Origin: SAR324 cluster bacterium
GTDB lineage: Bacteria > SAR324 > NAC60-12
Direction of reading: 5' to 3'
Assembly: GCA_022448485.1 (NCBI GenBank)
Contig: JAKUUI010000005.1
Coordinates: 5,979 to 69,978, forward strand
Length of the DNA: 64,000 bases
Shown in pieces: positions 28,350-39,388 of the stretch (position 1 is the stretch's first letter; every line of letters starts with the position of its first letter). Position numbers and translations under genes: made by a program. The notes beneath the pieces are model-generated. The model was not told the DNA's origin, did not search any database, and worked only from the letters and a program-made list of their open reading frames with translations.

Positions 28350-28971
28350 ATCGCATTTCATGACCAATACTAGTCGAATCTCCGTGACCGGTGATCACAG
28401 AGGTTTCTTCATCCAGAGTGTAAAGTTTTTCCCGGATGGATTGCTCAATTTTCCGAAAATCACCGCCCCACAAATCAGTTCTCCCGATAGATCCGTGGAA
28501 CAATGTGTCTCCGGCAATCAGCAGTTTTTGGCTTTCAAACAAAAAACACATTGAACCTGGAGTGTGTCCGGGAGTATGCAGAGCCTTCCCCTGAGCCTTA
28601 TTCATGTCAATTTCCTCTTCATGTTCCAACCATTGATCCGGCGGTGGAGGCTTCTCAAAAGGAATACCAAACATTCGGCATTGATCCTCCAACATATCCC
28701 AGAGAAACAAATCTTCACGGTGCAAAGCCAATTTTGCACCAGTTGCCTCTTTCATTTTTCCAGAAGCAAGAAAATGATCCAAATGCGCATGGGTGTGAAT
28801 AATACGATCCACTTGAAGATCCAATTCAACCAAACGATCAAGTAGTATTTCAGCGTCTCCTCCAGGATCCACGACAATTGCTTTCCGACTAACTGGGTCA
28901 GCTAAAAAGGTACAATTACACTGCAAGGGACCAACCGGCTTAGTTTCTACAAAAAGATTAGCATCACTCAT
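28327..28971 (-). CDS. MBL-fold metallo-hydrolase (glyoxalase II / YcbL-like)
   Basis: GPLQCNC, DPGG, THAHLDH, TPGHTPGS, GDTLF.GSIGRTD, GHG. Confidence 0.92.
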   Translation of the reverse strand: MSDANLFVETKPVGPLQCNCTFLADPVSRKAIVVDPGGDAEILLDRLVELDLQVDRIIHTHAHLDHFLASGKMKEATGAKLALHREDLFLWDMLEDQCRMFGIPFEKPPPPDQWLEHEEEIDMNKAQGKALHTPGHTPGSMCFLFESQKLLIAGDTLFHGSIGRTDLWGGDFRKIEQSIREKLYTLDEETSVITGHGDSTSIGHEMRSNSFVRA

Positions 28972-31325
28972 GCAGCAGTTCCCTTTTTTATGAATCTCCT
29001 TTTTCCGCCTTTATTGCCTTTTGAATGCGGTGCTTCAGCGATTATTTTTTGACAGGCTAATTCATCCAATTTTTCGGGCTCAACACCTTTTGGGATTTTA
29101 TAGTTTTTCTTTCCTGATTTAATGTAAGGACCGAAGCGACCGTTAATTACCCGAATCTCACCAAAATCATGAATTGTATTTTTTGCTTTTTTCTCCAAGC
29201 CCTCACGAATAATTTCATGTGCTGCCTCTAAACTTGTATTCAACGGGTCTTCTCCTTCTGGCAAGGAGAAAAAATCTTTGCCCATTCTGACATAAGCTCC
29301 ATAACGTCCGTTGTTGACAATAATCTCTTCACCACTTTCGTAATTACCCAAAGTACGTGGCAATGCAAAACATTTCATGGCTTCTTCGTAAGTTACTTCG
29401 TTAAGATTGAGATTACTTGGTAAAGAAGCAAAACGTGGTTTTTCCTCATCTTCATAAGTTCCGATTTGAACCATTGGGCCAAATTTACCAATACTCACAC
29501 TCACAGGTTTACCACTTTCCGAGTCAGTTCCCAATTCTCGTCGTTTAAGCACTTCTGCACGAGTTACAAATTCGTCTTTTTCTCCTACCCTTTGGTGAAA
29601 AGGCTCATAGAAATTTCCTATCATTTCCACCCAGTTTTCCTCACCATTCGCAATCCGGTCAAAGTTCCTTTCAATTTTTGCAGTAAATCCCAAATTTACT
29701 ATTTCAGAAAAATGATCCCTGAGAAAATCTGTGACAACTTCCCCAATAGACGTTGGTTTAAGTCGCTTTTCAGGGGTTACCTCAACATAGCCGCGATCTT
29801 GGATAGTTGAAATAGTTGGTGCAAAAGTCGAGGGCCGACCGATGCCTTCAGACTCCATTTTTTTCACTAAAGATGCTTCAGTGTAGCGGGGTGGAGGCTT
29901 AGTAAAGAATTGTTCACGTTTTACTGGACCTTCTATTTCTTCTTCCGTACCATCTTCGTGAACAAGAGTATATTTCTGATCTTTTACAGTTAGTACTTGA
30001 TCTTTTTCTACTTTGGGCAGGATTACGTCTTTTTCACTCATCGATTCTTCCGGATCATCCGTACCTTCCGTGTAGGCCTGCAAAAACCCTGGAAAAACAA
30101 CTCGTTGTCCTTGTGCCTCAAACAAACATTCTTTATTTGCACCGGCCTCAATTTTTATAGTGGTGCGTGCAATTTCAGCCACAGACATTTGAGAAGCAAG
30201 AGCGCGCTTCCATACCAGACTGTAAAGGCGATACTGGTCGGAACTCAAACTGCCTTTGACAGTACTTGGTTTGAGTGAAAAGTCCACCGGGCGAATTGCT
30301 TCGTGAGCTTCCTGCGCATTCGTTGAGCGGTTTCTGAAAAATCGTGGTTCTTTCAAACCAAATTTTGAACCGTATTCCGAGTCAATAACCTCCTGTGCCT
30401 GCGTGAGAGCCTGTTTTGCAAGTACAACTGAATCTGTACGCATATAGGTAATCAGGCCACCGTTGTAATCAGGGTTATCAAAATTTCCTTCATAAAGTTG
30501 CTGTGCAACAACCATTGTTCTTTTGACCGAAAATCCCAATTTGACTGAAGCTTCCTGCTGAATTGTTGAAGTTGTGAATGGCGCACCGGGATTCCGGTTA
30601 GTCATACGCTCATCAATTTCGTGCACAACAAAATCTCCCTGCTTCACGCTGGATTCAATCGCCTTGGCTTCAGTTTCATTGACCACTTTTGCAGGCTTGC
30701 CATCAAGCTTCTTAAGTTCAGCGGAAAATTCTGAAAATTCCGCACGGATTTTCCAATATTCTTCTGGTTTAAATTTTCTGATTTCTTTTTCACGCTCAAC
30801 CAGAATATAAACGGAAACACTCTGCACTCTCCCGGCAGAAAGCCCCGGTTTGATTTTTTTCCAGAGTAATGGAGACAGTTCATACCCTACTGCCCGGTCT
30901 AAAATTCTACGTGCCTGCTGAGCATTAACCAATTGTTTATCTACTTCCCTCGGATTTTCCAGAGCACTGAGAATTGCTGACTTTGTGATTTCGTGAAACA
31001 CAATCCTTTTCACTGGACTTTTTTCCAAGCCGAGCGCATTCAGCAGATGCCATGAAATAGCCTCACCTTCACGGTCTTCATCCGTTGCAAGGTAGACCTC
31101 GGTTTTTTTATCAATTTGTTTTTTCAGCTCTGCAACTGTTTTTTTCTTATCCTTGGAAATTACATACTGTGGAGCAAATCCATTTTCAGGATCAAAGCCG
31201 AGCATACTCGAAGGAAGATCCCGAACATGCCCCATTGAGGCCTTAACGCTGTATTCTTTGCCCAAGAATTTACTAATTGTGCGGGCTTTTGCTGGTGATT
31301 CAACAATAATTAAATTTTTTGCCAT
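28968..31325 (-). CDS. topA: DNA topoisomerase I
   Basis: IVESPAKA, ATDEDREGEAI, SAGRVQS, catalytic ITYMRTDS, AQEAHEAIRP, GIGRPST. C-terminal G[KR][FY]G[PA] repeats instead of zinc ribbons. Confidence 0.97.
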   Translation of the reverse strand: MAKNLIIVESPAKARTISKFLGKEYSVKASMGHVRDLPSSMLGFDPENGFAPQYVISKDKKKTVAELKKQIDKKTEVYLATDEDREGEAISWHLLNALGLEKSPVKRIVFHEITKSAILSALENPREVDKQLVNAQQARRILDRAVGYELSPLLWKKIKPGLSAGRVQSVSVYILVEREKEIRKFKPEEYWKIRAEFSEFSAELKKLDGKPAKVVNETEAKAIESSVKQGDFVVHEIDERMTNRNPGAPFTTSTIQQEASVKLGFSVKRTMVVAQQLYEGNFDNPDYNGGLITYMRTDSVVLAKQALTQAQEVIDSEYGSKFGLKEPRFFRNRSTNAQEAHEAIRPVDFSLKPSTVKGSLSSDQYRLYSLVWKRALASQMSVAEIARTTIKIEAGANKECLFEAQGQRVVFPGFLQAYTEGTDDPEESMSEKDVILPKVEKDQVLTVKDQKYTLVHEDGTEEEIEGPVKREQFFTKPPPRYTEASLVKKMESEGIGRPSTFAPTISTIQDRGYVEVTPEKRLKPTSIGEVVTDFLRDHFSEIVNLGFTAKIERNFDRIANGEENWVEMIGNFYEPFHQRVGEKDEFVTRAEVLKRRELGTDSESGKPVSVSIGKFGPMVQIGTYEDEEKPRFASLPSNLNLNEVTYEEAMKCFALPRTLGNYESGEEIIVNNGRYGAYVRMGKDFFSLPEGEDPLNTSLEAAHEIIREGLEKKAKNTIHDFGEIRVINGRFGPYIKSGKKNYKIPKGVEPEKLDELACQKIIAEAPHSKGNKGGKRRFIKKGTAA

Positions 31326-31491
31326 AAATATCCCATGCATTCAGCATATGCTGAACTGTAATATACAAAAATGGTTTCGTAAAAATGGAAAATTAAATAG
31401 TAAAATCAGCGACAGAGGCTACAAATATTTTATTAATTTTTATTAAGTCTAAATGCGACACTAGTTTGTCAATTATTATTATCTGAAACCT

Positions 31492-31520
31492 TTGTAGCAA
31501 CCTTACACGAATTGCTACAA
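31492..31520. terminator. Inverted repeat just downstream of clpP (possible terminator)
   Basis: ttgtagcaa-N11-ttgctacaa, a perfect 9-bp stem. U-tract is weak. Confidence 0.4.
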
Positions 31521-31525
31521 TTCTA

Positions 31526-32107
31526 TTATTTTAATTCTGACCGTGAATGCACCACCTTGTCAAGCAACCCGTATTCAAGTGCTTCTTCGGCAGTAAACCA
31601 ATTATCACGATCAAGCGCTTTTTTTATTTCTTCTCTGCTTTTTCCCGTTTGCTCAGAATATAACTTGACCAGATGATCACGCGTTTTCAAAATTTCACGT
31701 GCTTGAATTTCACATTCAGAAGCCCGCCCCTGATACCCCATTAACAAGGGTTGGTGAATCATTATCTTTGCCTGAGGCATGGCAAAGCGCCGTCCCTTGT
31801 CAGCAGCCATACTCAAGATTGAACCCATGCTTGCAGCAAACCCTGTCACAATAGTTGTCACTGGACATGCAATAAAATTAAGCATATCAAAAATGGCAAA
31901 GCCAGAAAATATTTCTCCTCCAGGAGAATTTATAAAAACCGTGACAGGCTCTTCATGACCCTCCTGTTCTAGTAATACCAATTGACTCAACACTTTTGCG
32001 GTCAATTCTGCATCGACTTGCTGGGAGATAACAACTGTACGGGACTTGAGCAGCTTGCTCGCCAAGTCCTCCATTTCCTTATTTTCTTTGTTTTTTTCTT
32101 TACTCAT
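31526..32107 (-). CDS. clpP: ATP-dependent Clp protease proteolytic subunit
   Basis: INSPGG, catalytic Ser in AASMGS, His in MIHQP, Asp in DRDNWF..EEA.EYGLLD. Confidence 0.95.
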   Translation of the reverse strand: MSKEKNKENKEMEDLASKLLKSRTVVISQQVDAELTAKVLSQLVLLEQEGHEEPVTVFINSPGGEIFSGFAIFDMLNFIACPVTTIVTGFAASMGSILSMAADKGRRFAMPQAKIMIHQPLLMGYQGRASECEIQAREILKTRDHLVKLYSEQTGKSREEIKKALDRDNWFTAEEALEYGLLDKVVHSRSELK

Positions 32108-32374
32108 TTATTGTTCCTGTGTGAACCTTCTAGCATTTTTATCCGATATTTAGTGCGTTCTCCAAACTATGGTAGGGAAAAAGCGTGTGCAAGTTTTTTG
32201 TTGAATTAACTTATAGAAAAGCAGGTATCAGCAAACCTTTATATAAATTAGAACTAACAGGAAAAATTAGCACCAACTGCGACAACTGAAGTACATACTA
32301 TTGTTTTCATAGCATTTTCTGAAATTTGCCTCTATTGTCGATGATTTTTCCATTTGTGAGCCTTATTACAGGCT

Positions 32375-34105
32375 TTATAATTTATCCGTAAGCATTTTTT
32401 TTGCTTGAAAATTATGCAACATTTCGTGCGCCAGCTCCAGGGTTTGCTCTGTAATTTCCTGTCCCCCAATTAAATCAGCAAGGGCTTGGACTCTTTCTTT
32501 CTCTGTTTTGAGTGGATTGATTTTTGTATACGTCTCATTATCAGTCAAATGCTTGCTGACCAAGTAATGATTCTCTGCAAAAGCTGCAATTTGCGGGAGA
32601 TGTGTCACACACAAAGTCTGCTGTCTCTCACCAAGTGAGTGTAATTTTTGGCCCACAATTTCTGCAATCCTTCCGCTGATTCCTGTATCAACTTCATCAA
32701 AAATCAATATTTCAACTGAATCAAGTGTGGTAAGAACAGTTTTAAGTGCCAGCATTATCCTGGACAGTTCCCCTCCGGATGCCACTTTGACAAGACTGAG
32801 CATTTCCTGTCCAGGATTAACCGTCAGCAAAAACTCAACCTGATCAATTCCTGAGCTTGTACTAGCATTGTTGTTTTCTGAAAATGATGCTGAAACAATG
32901 CTAGTGTTAAAACGCGCCTTTTCCATCCCCAGTTGATGCAACTCATCAACAATTGCACGATCCATTTTTTTGGCCTCTTCATGACGCTTTTCTGAGAGCA
33001 GTTCCGCTCTCTCTTGTAATTGTATCCTTAGTTGCTCAACCCTATCGTAAATCTCCTGCTCATTTTCATTAAAGTGTTCCAGTGAATCTAATTCTTGCTG
33101 AGATTTTTCATAAAGAGCCAACAGTTCTTCTGCATTTTCAAGTCGAAATTTACGTACAAAATGTTGTATTTGACTAAGCCGCTCGTTGATCCATGCCAGA
33201 CGAGCCGGATCGTCTTCCACTTTGTCACTGTAGTGCACCAATTCCTGGTAACTGTCTTCGACCTGAATAAGCGCTGTTTCGACTCCGGAGCGGATATTTG
33301 CACATTCATCATCAATTTGTTCTGCATCACTCAAAAGTTTTCTTGTCAATTCCAGCTGCTCTAAAACCGCTCCATCCTCTTCCTGTAGTTGATGCCTAAT
33401 CTGTCCCAGAAGCATTGAGAGTTTTTCTACATGAATCAGTCTATTCTCTTCTTTTCGAAGTTCACTTTCTTCTGCAGGCTGTAAATTTAGTTCAGACAAG
33501 TCTGCAATAATTTCCCTAAGCTCAACTAAACGAACTGCACGTTCTGCATATTGCTTCTGCAGAGCCTGCTGTTCTTTTTTTGCTGCCTGCAAAGCCTGGT
33601 AAGTTTCTGATACTTGACGTCGCAATGTAGTCAATTGGCCATAAACATCAAGAAAATCCAGGTGTGATGAGACCTGCAGCAAAGATTGATTGTCGTGCTG
33701 TCCATGAATATTAATCAATTGCCGGCCTATTTTTTTTAGAAAATCTGCAGTAACTGATACACCATTTATATGCCGTTTTTGTCTACCTTTACGAGAAACA
33801 AGACAACGCACAATTAATTCGTCATCCAGAGTTATCCCGGAATACTCCAGTTCCCTACGGATGTTGAATTGCTCACCCTGATCTGAATTTGCTGGTATAG
33901 AAAATATCCCTTCTACTAAGGCATGCTCCTCACCCGTACGGATGATGCCTGGATCACCACGATGGCCAAGTACAAGCAAAATCGCATCGATCATAATCGA
34001 TTTTCCTGCTCCGGTTTCACCTGTGAGGATGGAAAATCCTGCTGTAAATTCTACATCCAGTTCACGGATCGTTGCTAAATTTTCTATTCTCAACTGTAAC
34101 AACAT
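32375..34105 (-). CDS. recN: DNA repair protein RecN
   Basis: Walker A TGETGAGKS, IHGQHD, coiled coil, ASGGELSR, FDEVDTGISG, VTHLPQIAA. Confidence 0.97.
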   Translation of the reverse strand: MLLQLRIENLATIRELDVEFTAGFSILTGETGAGKSIMIDAILLVLGHRGDPGIIRTGEEHALVEGIFSIPANSDQGEQFNIRRELEYSGITLDDELIVRCLVSRKGRQKRHINGVSVTADFLKKIGRQLINIHGQHDNQSLLQVSSHLDFLDVYGQLTTLRRQVSETYQALQAAKKEQQALQKQYAERAVRLVELREIIADLSELNLQPAEESELRKEENRLIHVEKLSMLLGQIRHQLQEEDGAVLEQLELTRKLLSDAEQIDDECANIRSGVETALIQVEDSYQELVHYSDKVEDDPARLAWINERLSQIQHFVRKFRLENAEELLALYEKSQQELDSLEHFNENEQEIYDRVEQLRIQLQERAELLSEKRHEEAKKMDRAIVDELHQLGMEKARFNTSIVSASFSENNNASTSSGIDQVEFLLTVNPGQEMLSLVKVASGGELSRIMLALKTVLTTLDSVEILIFDEVDTGISGRIAEIVGQKLHSLGERQQTLCVTHLPQIAAFAENHYLVSKHLTDNETYTKINPLKTEKERVQALADLIGGQEITEQTLELAHEMLHNFQAKKMLTDKL

Positions 34106-34253
34106 TTAGAAAATATTATTCATTAAAATTGTATTTTGATTAAATATATATAATATCTATAATACTGTTGTGATCATCGTTTTGTACTATTTAATTAAAT
34201 ATATATATTCATAATTGTTGAAAATTATTTAAAATCGATTTCTTTAAATAATT

Positions 34254-34388
34254 ATGACAAGCTCGAAAAAAGTTGTCATTTCTGTGAAAATCAGAATCCA
34301 GGAACTTATAAGTAACTAAAATAACAAACTCACTCTTTCGTGGAAATGACAAACAAATGTGGCATTTTGGCTTTTTACGATTGCATCA
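34254..34388. repeat. Degenerate nested-palindrome intergenic element (MITE/REP-like), copy 2
   Basis: Outer tcgaaaaaag...ctttttacga, inner gtcatttctgtgaaa...tttcgtggaaatgac. Colinear with 2573-2730. Confidence 0.65.
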
Positions 34389-34553
34389 CTTATACATTTG
34401 GTAGAATTATTGTGAGAAAGATTTTTATTTGATTGATTATATAATTAATCATTCAGGTTAGCTAATATCATGGGAGTGACAGCAAAATAGTCGAACATTT
34501 AATTATATCTTTCATGCTCACATTTTTTTCAATGACTGATGCACGCACAAATT

Positions 34554-37500
34554 TCAAAAATATTTTAGATAAATCTCTCTAACATTATTAGTCGCTGTTT
34601 CCACAGTTTGACGCAAATTTGTAGCTTCATAGCCATGATGATTCAGCAGTTGGATAATCGTGTATTCCTGAATCTTTTCAAAATCAAGCAAATCTGTAGA
34701 TTCATCATAGATCAGTCGTAGTCCATTTTCAATTAGTCTCAACATTTTGTAATTGTATTGTAAGCTTTCAGCTTCTTCTTTTTCGAGTAAAGCTAGTTTA
34801 CCAAGTTCTCGTAGAGCTACCATGGTTTTTGGATTTTGTAGTTGAGTGAAATCGCTTCCATGTTTCAGCTGCATTGCTTGTGTCAGGTATTCAATATCCA
34901 GTAATCCCCCCCGACCTTCTTTGATGTTGCGGCAATTATCTTTTTCTCCTGACAACTCTCGCTCTTTGCGTTGCCGAAAATGATGAATTTGCGCATTCAT
35001 ATCTATCGGCGGAGTCCATTCATAAACCGCACTACGTATTCCATCTTCTACTTCCTGCAGCCATCCTACTTCACCACTACCTCCAATTACCCGGCCTTTT
35101 ATCAAGGCTTGATGTTCCCATGGTAACGATTTTTCATGGTACTTGAGATATTTATCCAAAGGGGTGACCAACACACCGGCGTTTCCTGATGGTCGAAGGC
35201 GTGCATCGAGCCTATAGGCATAACCGGTACGAGTCATAGTGGAAAGACTGGAAATAAGACGCTGAATTAATTTGATCCAATATTCCTGTGCACCGATTTC
35301 ACGGGGACCGCTTGTAGTTCCCTCACCGGAATGAATAAATATCAAATCAAGATCAGAGAGATAGGTCAATTCGCCCCCCCCCAGTTTACCCAAACCAATA
35401 ATTGCAAATTGCCCTGTTCCACCATTTGCGTCCCGGACTTCCCCATATCGTTGAATTAACCATTTTTGAGACAATCGAAAAGCCGCCTGTACAATAACCT
35501 CAGCTAGCAAGGTCAATCCTAATCTGGTTCGTTCGTATGAAAGCACACCTTCCATTTCAGCGCTTCCGAGTAGAAATGTGATGGTGTGCTTGAATTGCCG
35601 TAACTGATCAATTTTAGCTTCTTCATTTTCTGCACAGCTCTGCAACTGTTCTTCAAGCTGTTCTGTCCAAGTTATTGCTGAAATTTCAAGTGTTGAATTA
35701 TCCAGTTGTTCCAGCAGGTCCAAGTGATTGAGTAAATAATTCCACAGCATCTCACTGGTTTCTGCAATTCTCGTCAAACGTGAAAGTGCAGACGGATGCT
35801 TAAACAGTTTTCGATAATAGCCAATTTGCACCCCAACTGATTCGAAGAGGCGCTGAAAACGATTTTTTGTACTCTCATTCATAAGCGGAGCAAGTTGCTG
35901 TGAGAATGATTCAATAAACCGCTTTTCATCTTCAGTGAAACTTTGCACACGTGCGCTGCTACGGATAGCCGCTTCAATTTCAAGATGTTTACGACTAAAC
36001 AAACCGCTGAAAATCGCACGCACCCGACCCATCACATCTTTCAAATCACTCAAAAATAGTTGACGTGCTTTTTCAATATCAAATTCGCTGTACCCTAAAT
36101 TTCTGGCAACCTCCTGTTGTAGTTCAACCTCAGAGGGCAAAGTGTGTGTTTGCTGTTCCTCACGCAGCTGAAGGTGATGTTCCACTCGCCGCAAAAACAA
36201 ATATGATTCTTCCAGTATGTCCGCATCACGTCTCGGAATTAGCTCTGCTTGACGCAATTTTTCCAAAACTTGTAGCGTTCCTGGGATACGTAGTTCCGGT
36301 TTTTCACCACCATATAACAGTTGAAAAGTTTGCACAAAAAATTCAATTTCGCGGATTCCTCCTTTGCCTAATTTTACATTCAAATAGCTTTCCCGTAGAT
36401 GTTCCTCTTCGATACGCTCCTTCACTTTTTCTACATCACGCAGTACTCCTTCGTCCAGCAATCTTCGATAAACAAAAGGGGTAATCATGCTTATAAAATC
36501 TTTTCCAGACTGCGTTGTTCCAGCAACCGGGACAGCTTTTATGAGGGCTTGGCGCTCCCACATTTCTCCACTTGCGGTATAATATAATTCCATTTCATCC
36601 AGAGACTGAACAAGTGGCGCACGTTCACCTCCAGGACGCAATCGCATATCCATTCGTGCCAAAAAACCTTCCACGGTTACATCTGCCATCACGTCGATCA
36701 ATATCCTTGCAGCCTTCATCCGCAGTTTATAATCATGGTCAGGATCTCCGCTAAGTGGCTCATTATCATGAATAAACATCAAATCAACATCGGATGAATA
36801 GTTAAGTTCGTTGCCGCCTAATTTCCCCATTGCCAATATCATAAATGGATAAAGCTGTTGGTGGCTTTCACTTTGCGAGGAAAATGATTTGCAACTTGTT
36901 TCTCTAGTCGTGTCCGGAATATTACCATTGGTGAGGAAATCCGTGATTCCCAACTCGTGATTCGTGATTCCTGAAAGGGCTGCTCGTAAACAGCAAATAG
37001 CAATAGAAGAGAGTTCTTCCAGAGTTTCTTTAAATGGACATAGATGTGCCAAATCACGGACAGTTATCCGCAAATATTCTTCGTATTTGTAGCGCCGTAA
37101 AATATTCTTGAATTCCGGAAGTGAAAATCCAGTCAGCTGATCCAGCCGTTTCCGGAGTTCTTTTTCCATAACTTCTAAATCCTTTTTTCGTAACAGGAAA
37201 GGAGACTCCAGCAACTCTACAGCAAGTTGCGGATTCCTTTTTAAACGATTTGCGAGAAAATTACTGCGTCCAAAAATGTACAGGAATGCTTCTATGTTCG
37301 GACGACTCCAGTTAAAATTACTGCTGAACTTGTTCTGGAAAGCTACGGAAAAATCAATAAACTGGGTCAGCGCGGTTTCTGGTGTTCCAGAAGAGAGTAT
37401 AATAGGAAGGAAATGAGGAAGGTGATCTGCAATTCCACAAATTTCAATACTCTCCTCTAACAGAGACGCCAGTCGTTCCGAAGAATTGGAGGAGAAAGGC

Positions 37501-37583
37501 GAAGAAGAGCCCTGCAAAATTGCTTTCCAGTTTCTCTGCTCAAACAAGGGAAATAGGTTTTTAATCCAGTCGTTGAGGTTCAC
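34554..37583 (-). CDS. glnE: Bifunctional glutamine synthetase adenylyltransferase / adenylyl-removing enzyme
   Basis: Two nucleotidyltransferase domains (MGKLGGNELNYSSDVDL..DMRLRP.G and LGKLGGGELTYLSDLDL..DARLRPSG), WERQALIK, KLG.GGIREIEF. Directly downstream of glnA. Confidence 0.95.
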   Translation of the reverse strand: MNLNDWIKNLFPLFEQRNWKAILQGSSSPFSSNSSERLASLLEESIEICGIADHLPHFLPIILSSGTPETALTQFIDFSVAFQNKFSSNFNWSRPNIEAFLYIFGRSNFLANRLKRNPQLAVELLESPFLLRKKDLEVMEKELRKRLDQLTGFSLPEFKNILRRYKYEEYLRITVRDLAHLCPFKETLEELSSIAICCLRAALSGITNHELGITDFLTNGNIPDTTRETSCKSFSSQSESHQQLYPFMILAMGKLGGNELNYSSDVDLMFIHDNEPLSGDPDHDYKLRMKAARILIDVMADVTVEGFLARMDMRLRPGGERAPLVQSLDEMELYYTASGEMWERQALIKAVPVAGTTQSGKDFISMITPFVYRRLLDEGVLRDVEKVKERIEEEHLRESYLNVKLGKGGIREIEFFVQTFQLLYGGEKPELRIPGTLQVLEKLRQAELIPRRDADILEESYLFLRRVEHHLQLREEQQTHTLPSEVELQQEVARNLGYSEFDIEKARQLFLSDLKDVMGRVRAIFSGLFSRKHLEIEAAIRSSARVQSFTEDEKRFIESFSQQLAPLMNESTKNRFQRLFESVGVQIGYYRKLFKHPSALSRLTRIAETSEMLWNYLLNHLDLLEQLDNSTLEISAITWTEQLEEQLQSCAENEEAKIDQLRQFKHTITFLLGSAEMEGVLSYERTRLGLTLLAEVIVQAAFRLSQKWLIQRYGEVRDANGGTGQFAIIGLGKLGGGELTYLSDLDLIFIHSGEGTTSGPREIGAQEYWIKLIQRLISSLSTMTRTGYAYRLDARLRPSGNAGVLVTPLDKYLKYHEKSLPWEHQALIKGRVIGGSGEVGWLQEVEDGIRSAVYEWTPPIDMNAQIHHFRQRKERELSGEKDNCRNIKEGRGGLLDIEYLTQAMQLKHGSDFTQLQNPKTMVALRELGKLALLEKEEAESLQYNYKMLRLIENGLRLIYDESTDLLDFEKIQEYTIIQLLNHHGYEATNLRQTVETATNNVREIYLKYF

Positions 37584-37863
37584 TTTTATTTCTTTTTTTT
37601 GTTTCAGGTGCGAGCACAGTTTAGCATAAAATAATACTCGTCAGAAATAAAAAACAACTCTTTGATGCTTGTTGATGGCAGTCTAAGTTTGTACTTTTAT
37701 CCACTTGCTAAGAAGCTTTATGCCTGTAAAATCTTGAGGATATCCTGCTACATTTACAGCAAATTTATATTACCTAGCATTAGCTACTGATAATAAAGTT
37801 ATTAGACTCAGAGCTGGTTTTTTTGGAAAAGATCTAAGGTAGGGATAAACGAAAACAGTAGGG

Positions 37864-37886
37864 CGTGGGAACAAAATGCTCCCACG
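37864..37886 (-). terminator. Hairpin immediately after the glnA stop
   Basis: Minus strand cgtgggagc-atttt-gttcccacg stem-loop, with T-rich sequence a few nt downstream. Confidence 0.5.
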
Positions 37887-37897
37887 TAAAAGTCAGA

Positions 37898-39310
37898 TTA
37901 ACAGTTGAAATACAACTCAAACTCATGTGGGTGGGGTCGGGAGTCGATGGCTTTGACTTCTTCTTCCATCTTCCAATCCAGCCAGTAGTCGATAACATCC
38001 TTCGTAAAAACTTCCCCTTTGAGCAAAAATTCGTGGTCGCTCTTCAGGGCTTCTAGAGATTCGTAAAGTGAACTAGGCATCTTACCTATTTGATTCAGTT
38101 TTTCCGGAGGAAGATCATAAATATTAACATCCATCGGTTCCCCTGGATCAATTTTATTTTGGATTCCATCCAATCCTGCCATCATCATTGCCGGAAAGGC
38201 AAAATAGACATTGGCTCCAGAGTCTGGACAACGGTATTCAATCCGACGACCTTTTGGTGAATCTACTACTGGGATTCTGACGGTTGCGGAGCGGTTGCGA
38301 TTTGAATATGCCAAATTAATCGGTGCTTCATAACCGGGCACGAGGCGTTTGTAAGAGTTAGTTAATGGATTAGTGAACGCAGCTAAAGCTGGGGCATGCT
38401 TGAGAATTCCACCAATATAATGCAGGGCCATTTCGCTCAACCCTCCGTATTGATCTCCAGCAAACAAGGGCTGACCGTCCTTCCAAATCGACTGGTGCGT
38501 ATGCATTCCACTACCATTATCTGAAAACATCGGTTTAGGCATGAAAGTCGCTGTTTTGCCATATTCTCTTGCAACATTACGCACTACGTATTTGTAAAGC
38601 TGCATCATGTCGGCAGTCCTCAGCATAGTATCAAACTTAATATCAATTTCATGCTGAGCAGGCGCTACTTCATGGTGTTGTGCTTCAATGGTAATTCCTA
38701 ATTCCTGCATGGCTAAAACCATCTCTGCACGAATGTCGCGGTCCTGGTCAAACGGGGCTGTGGGGAAATATCCTGACTTGTGACCAATTTTGTATGCCTT
38801 GTTTCCACCCGCTTCTTCGGCACCGGAGTTCCATGGGCATTCCGTAGAATCAATTGAATAGAACCCCCCCTCAGGACCTTGTGCATAACGCACGTCATCA
38901 AACATGAAAAATTCTGCCTCAGGACCAATATAAATTGTGTCGCCAATTCCAGTGGAAATTAGATAATTTTCTGCTTTTTTTGTCACACTTCGTGGATCAC
39001 GGCTGTAATCTTCACCGGTAACAGGATCTTGAATATCACAAATAATAGATAATGTCTGAACTTCATAGAACGGATCCATTTTTACCGTTTCAATATCCGG
39101 CATAACTTTCATATCGCTGTTGTCTATTGACTGCCAGCAACGAATGCTGGAACCGTCGAACATACGACCTTCCTCCAGCATCTCTTCTGATAAGTCTGAA
39201 ACTGGAACTGCAAAGTGCTGCCATGTTCCTAGAAAATCGATAAATTTCAAATCCACCATTTCCACTTCATTTTGTTTTGCAAATTCAATAACCTCTTTTG
39301 GAGTAGTCAT
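37898..39310 (-). CDS. glnA: Type I glutamine synthetase
   Basis: FDGSSI, GPEAEFF, HHEVA..Q.EI, TFMPKP..DNGSGMH.HQS, NSYKRLVPGYEAP, RIEYRCPD, adenylylation-site NIYDL. Confidence 0.98.
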   Translation of the reverse strand: MTTPKEVIEFAKQNEVEMVDLKFIDFLGTWQHFAVPVSDLSEEMLEEGRMFDGSSIRCWQSIDNSDMKVMPDIETVKMDPFYEVQTLSIICDIQDPVTGEDYSRDPRSVTKKAENYLISTGIGDTIYIGPEAEFFMFDDVRYAQGPEGGFYSIDSTECPWNSGAEEAGGNKAYKIGHKSGYFPTAPFDQDRDIRAEMVLAMQELGITIEAQHHEVAPAQHEIDIKFDTMLRTADMMQLYKYVVRNVAREYGKTATFMPKPMFSDNGSGMHTHQSIWKDGQPLFAGDQYGGLSEMALHYIGGILKHAPALAAFTNPLTNSYKRLVPGYEAPINLAYSNRNRSATVRIPVVDSPKGRRIEYRCPDSGANVYFAFPAMMMAGLDGIQNKIDPGEPMDVNIYDLPPEKLNQIGKMPSSLYESLEALKSDHEFLLKGEVFTKDVIDYWLDWKMEEEVKAIDSRPHPHEFELYFNC

Positions 39311-39388
39311 AACTTATTCCTCTTTCAATATATTAATTATTTAGCAACCACAAAAACACGGGGTAATAAACCTAAACCACCACTGGTG

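Noticed and set aside
34106-34253. Very AT-rich recN upstream region with repeated ttaaatatatat, considered as a LexA box or origin
   Set aside because: No CTGT-N8-ACAG or other recognisable SOS box and no DnaA-box cluster. Low complexity explains the repeats.
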